From NCBI RefSeq assembly GCF_004010195.1, contig NC_057751.1, positions 14,877,398-14,941,397 on the forward strand: a DNA stretch of 64,000 nucleotides, read 5' to 3'. Of this stretch, positions 63,546 through 64,000 are shown in pieces. Source of the DNA: Chiloscyllium plagiosum. Its lineage: Eukaryota. Position 1 is the first letter of the stretch. The number at the start of each line of letters is the position of its first letter. Position numbers and translations under genes: made by a program. The notes beneath the pieces are model-generated. The model saw only the letters and a list, made by a program, of their open reading frames with translations. It was not told the origin of the DNA and searched no databases.

Positions 63546-64000
63546 AATGCTGCAGTCCTAAGATCTTGACAGTCAGTGGTCTCTCTCTGTCGCTTGGAAG
63601 GATAAATTTCCCTTTTCATTCTCCTTTGGCATGAAGTCTTTATTCTGCAGGATAAACTGCATACCCCTTTCTCTTGCACTCTTTCTACTGCAGCTTCTCT
63701 GAAAAGTCCTCTTTCTTCCTGCCACCTCATCCAGTTGTCTCAATTTTCTTGCAGCACTATCATCAATCACTACGCTCATTAACAGGTTACCGGAGATGGA
63801 GCGGAAGAAGCGGAGATGGTTGTATCATGAGTAGTCCTAGTAACTCACTGATTGGACATTTACATGTTAGTCATCATCAAAGTAGAGACAATGCTACAGC
63901 AATATTTCTTTGCTTAATATGGGCAGGAATGAGACTGGGGTTGTGGTCTGTTAAAGTGTGACTGTGTTGTGTACTCACACTGTCAACCACATCTTGCAGT

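Noticed and set aside
62775..63730. 191-aa and 202-aa ORFs
   Set aside because: Lie on a SINE-derived tandem array; no domain signature.

Overview
Vertebrate genomic DNA, most likely a shark (inferred from HE1-type V-SINEs, DeuSINEs, CR1 and Penelope-derived repeats). The one clear gene is an intact tissue-type plasminogen activator (PLAT/tPA) on the minus strand. It has 13 coding exons between 28276 and 17199, all GT-AG and phase-compatible, summing to 1686 nt (561 aa + stop): signal, propeptide, FN1, EGF, two kringles and a trypsin-like protease. A probable non-coding exon 1 and promoter lie at ~35197-35375, and a ~1.6 kb 3' UTR ends near 15550. The rest is repeat-rich: CR1, Rex1, RTE, Tx1 and other LINE remnants, SINEs, a solo LTR, a MITE, minisatellites and a 3.5/4.3 kb tandem duplication. 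Most notable: hammerhead-ribozyme-like Penelope fragments, lineage-specific changes in tPA functional sites, a promoter-adjacent 20-bp minisatellite, and clean insertion/duplication junctions. No evidence of a wholly new multi-gene system was found. Repeat family names and human comparisons come from recalled consensus sequences, not database searches.
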